Shown: positions 60,557-64,000 of the stretch, one piece after another
How the letters are laid out: each line of letters opens with the position of its first letter
Numbering within the stretch: the stretch's first letter is position 1
Assembly: GCF_964194155.1 (NCBI RefSeq)
Contig: NC_135891.1
Span: 109,864,001-109,928,000 of the forward strand
DNA length: 64,000 nucleotides
Reading direction: 5' to 3'
DNA from: Cetorhinus maximus
Lineage: Eukaryota
The notes under the pieces: model-generated
Told to the model about the DNA's origin: nothing
Databases searched by the model: none
Seen by the model: the letters and a program-made list of their open reading frames with translations, nothing else
Translations under genes and position numbers: made by a program

Positions 60557-60827
60557 ATGAAACCAATTCAGCACTCTTGAGTAACAATCGCACTGAACAT
60601 CCATTTTGGAGGCACCAGCATCATAAGGACTGTAGTGATTCAATTAACTTCTCAGAGCAAGAATCGGAAACAAATACAATCAGGTCAGGTCTTCCCACAT
60701 CCCAAAATTAAAACGAAATGTTGTTTTACAGGAAACACCCCGTCTTCATCTCAAATACTTTGTTCTAAATTTTAAGGGCAAACTTGCACTTTTTTTTACC
60801 TTCACCTTAGAGAGCTTCCTTCAAAGA

Positions 60828-61434
60828 TCTCGGATGGCGTGTGGGCCCCACCGGCTCGGCGGCGGGCAGACAGCCGACCCCCGCCACTGAAACGGGGGTC
60901 AATTAAGGCCCACCAGCGGCCTGCACTATGTGCTTCCTGTGCGAGTGGGGGGAGGGATTCCCCATCTGTCAAAGTCCTGTCTCAGAGAGATTACTGACAG
61001 TCCAGAGAACTTTAAAAATAGAAAAATTAAAAAATTATTAACATGTCCCCCTCATGTGACATTGTCACACGAGATGGGACATGTTAATAAATATCACATA
61101 AAATGTATTAAAGTTTTTAAAAACGGATATGAAATCTCATCCCGCCAGTGGATGAGGTTTCACGTATTATCAGAAGCCCGCCGGGGCTCCTGGCCTGCCC
61201 GCCAGCCTTAAGGTTGGACGGGCAGGTCTTTAATTATCTTAATTACTCTGTCAATGGTCTCAATTGGCCATTGACAGGTCGGCGGGCGGACAGCTGAATT
61301 CGCTGTCCACCCGCCTCCCTAAAAATTTAAAGGGACCGGGATGACGTCAGGGGTTCCTCCCGACGTCATCCCGCGTCATTTTCCCCTCGGTGAGCAGGCC
61401 CGGCCCCCAAATCGCCGACAGGAAAATTCAGGCC
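60828..61434 (+). mobile_element. Harbinger MITE lacking left TIR
   Basis: Family hairpins; ends GGAAAATTCAGGCC. Confidence 0.87.
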
Positions 61435-62194
61435 CAAGAGTGTTGCCTCAGTCAACTGTGTGAAGTGTGATATCAGTGCTGTAAGAGACATTAAGGTTCA
61501 CCTTGCTGAGGATTATGAGCCGCCAGCAACGACATTAAAGTCAGTTTGGCAAAACCTTTGGGATTTAGCAATGGGCAAGCTGACATTTAGCTTATCCATG
61601 CAGTCTGGCATCCACAAAGCTTGCCTAGACAGAACTGCCCTGGCACATGTTAAAGTCTCACCAGTCAGCTCGGGTGCAAACCTCGTGCATGCAGATACCC
61701 ATCTTTCTAAAAAGAGGGAGATTTATCAGCAGGAATCTGCATTTTATTATTGAAATGCTTCCAAGCCAATAGTAAGTTGTATTCCTTCTCCCGTTTTATT
61801 TTCAATTTACCCGCTCCTTACTGAATGGAAATATGGTCTGGCTCAAGTTACTGGCTTCTGTTTGCCAATCCTGCTTCATGTCGAGTTTGCGAGAACTATG
61901 ACTCAATTTCAACATCCCCTCCATTGCCCCAGCAAGCAGAATCTATCCTTGTGTTTAATCTTAGCAACCGGGCACTGATAAACTAGCCCACACTGAGGCA
62001 AAAGAGTCTGAATCACAGGCAGAAGTGGAACGTCTGCTTGTGAGATCATCAAGGTAACAGCTGAGCACTCAACTGCTCAGGCTGCTTAGCTGGTAGTAAC
62101 TTTTGTGTCTAAGTCAATAAGTCATTTAGTCTGAGACATACCGGGATTTAAGAGCATAATCTGACCTGATATTTGTTTGCATTGCTTGAGGAAT

Positions 62195-62778
62195 CGTGCG
62201 ACGAGTAACTCACCTCCTGATTCCCCAAAGCCTGTCCACCATCTACAAGGCACAAGTCAGGAGTGTGATGGAATACTCTCCACTTGCCTGAATGAGTGCA
62301 GCTCCCACAACACTCAAGAAACTTGACACCATCCAGGGCAAAGCAGCCCACTTGACTGGCACCACATCCACAAACATTCACTCCCTCCACCGCCGATGCA
62401 CATTAGCAGCAGGGTGTACCATCTACAAGATGCACTGTAGGAATTCACCAAGGTTCCTTCCACAGCACCTTCCAAACCCACGTCCACCACTATCTACAAG
62501 GACAAGGGCCGCAGATAGATGGGAGCACCACCACCTGGAAGTTCCCCTCCAAGTCACTCACCATCCTGACTTGGAAATATATCGCCATTCCTTCACTGCC
62601 GCTGGGTCAAAATCCTGGAACTCCCTCCCTAACAGCACTGTGGATGTACCTACACCACATGGACTGCAACAGTTCAAGAAGGCAGCTCACCACCACCTTC
62701 TCAAGGGCAACTGGGGATGGGCAATAAATGCTGGCCCAGCCAGCGAAGCCCACATCTCGTGAATGAATAAGCAAAAAA
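62195..62778 (+). mobile_element. Family-B LINE 3' end
   Basis: SAAPTTLKKLDTIQGKAA..SKSWNSLPNSTV..FKKAAHHHLLKG; TGAATGAATAA tail. Confidence 0.9.
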
Positions 62779-62998
62779 GGGAGCAGTGCCTTTTCGGAGG
62801 TGATTTTCTTTTCCCCTATATTCTAGATGATGTCCATCAAATTCCTTGGAGCTGCTTTTATGCTGTCATGGTTACACGCACTTCCAGCAAAGTTACAATG
62901 ACAGGGCGAAAGGAACTTGGCCTGTGTTTCTCTCTGAACTAACACCACCAAAAAACAGGTTAACTGGCCACTTGTCTCATTGCCGTTTGTGAGACCGT

Positions 62999-63662
62999 GG
63001 GCAGGATTTTCGGGTGGTCGGGTGGGCGCGGCTGGGAAACTGGCCCCCAACTCCGATTTCACACTGGCTGGCCAATCAACAGCCAGCCAGCGTGAGAGGC
63101 GCGCTGAGAAGATCAGCGCTGCCAGGGTGAGGGGTGGGAGGAGGGCGAGCACAAAAATCTGCGCTTGCACAGGGCAGCGAGCACTGAAAGCTCCCTGAAG
63201 GCAGGGAGCTGCCTCAGGGAACTGAAGGATTTTTTAACCAATGAATAAAGTTTTTAAACATCCAGAAAAAATGTACACACAGTGGACTCACCGAGCTTAA
63301 CGCGTACATTTGAAAAACCCTGCCCAAAATTTTTTTTTTCTCTACTTAATTACAGAAACCTCACCCCGCCCGTGGATGAGGTTTCCTCAAAGATCCGAAG
63401 GCCACCTGGCCGATTCGCCCACCCGCCAACCGTCACGTTGGACGGGCAGCGAAAATACAGGCTGATGAATTGATTGATTAACGGCCTTCATAGGCCTCTT
63501 CGTTGTAGGCGGGCGCACTGCCGGATCGTGCACACAACCGCCGACCGAAATATCGCGCGAGCGCGCGATGACGTCGGGACCCTCGCCCGAGGTCATCGCG
63601 CGCTATTTCACACTCAGGCGTGTCGGAGGCGCGCTTGCACGCCCGAGCGGAAAATCCTGCCC
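62999..63662 (+). mobile_element. Harbinger MITE
   Basis: Perfect 12-bp TIR GGGCAGGATTTT / AAAATCCTGCCC; flanks CGT/CAT (compatible with CpG decay). Confidence 0.92.
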
Positions 63663-63869
63663 CATGCCATGTATGCAAATTGACTACCACGTTTGTCCAT
63701 ACAACTACAGTTTCAGCATTCTTTGTATTGCATCTAAGGAACCCAGTTACACTCATGAGTGGGGCCCTGTGTGAGGAGATATCAGTTGGTTCAGGTTAGC
63801 ATTTTTAATATAAGCCCCATAAACAACAGTCACTGCATCTCAAAAAATAATCCATTGTATGAATAACAT

Positions 63870-64000
63870 CAAGATCACACCTGGAGTATTGTGCACAGTT
63901 TTGGTCTCCTTACCTTAGGAAGGATCTACTTGCTATAGAAGAAGTTCAATAACAATTCACCAGACTGATCCCTGGGATGGCAGGACTGTCGTATGTGGAG
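63870..64000 (+). mobile_element. CR1 fragment running off the window edge
   Basis: HLEYCAQFWSPYLRKDLLAIEEVQ*QFTRLIPGMAGLSY. Confidence 0.9.

Noticed and set aside
1-64000. Prokaryotic systems such as CRISPR arrays, operons or defence islands
   Set aside because: Sequence is vertebrate-like and TE-rich; no regularly spaced repeat-spacer array and no gene-dense region.

Overview
Eukaryotic, repeat-saturated DNA. The DeuSINE (SacSINE1-like), CR1/L2, Penelope and Harbinger repertoire points to a cartilaginous fish, probably a shark; this is inference from repeat content. No intact host gene is evident, and nearly all ORF-track entries are TE fragments or noise. Main content: (i) a PIF/Harbinger system, with a 6.2-kb decayed element (intron-containing Myb/SANT gene plus convergent DDE transposase), a truncated element with a nearly intact transposase, Myb-only derivatives and about a dozen GGGCNGAATTTT-TIR MITEs; (ii) Gypsy-type LTR elements, one with Gmr1-like domain order, and solo LTRs; (iii) a Penelope-like element with GIY-YIG domain, a 3' hammerhead-ribozyme motif and a nested young CR1; (iv) CR1, L2 and Tx1 LINE pieces and tRNA-derived SINEs; (v) a decayed 502-bp-period tRNA-Ile/tRNA-Asn tandem fragment; (vi) one candidate short first exon at 43.8 kb. 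I found no convincing new biological system. The best leads are the MITE carrying a copy of its own flanking DNA, the co-varying MITE hairpins, the orphan tRNA array and the candidate exon. Coordinates were read by eye, and fragment boundaries are approximate.
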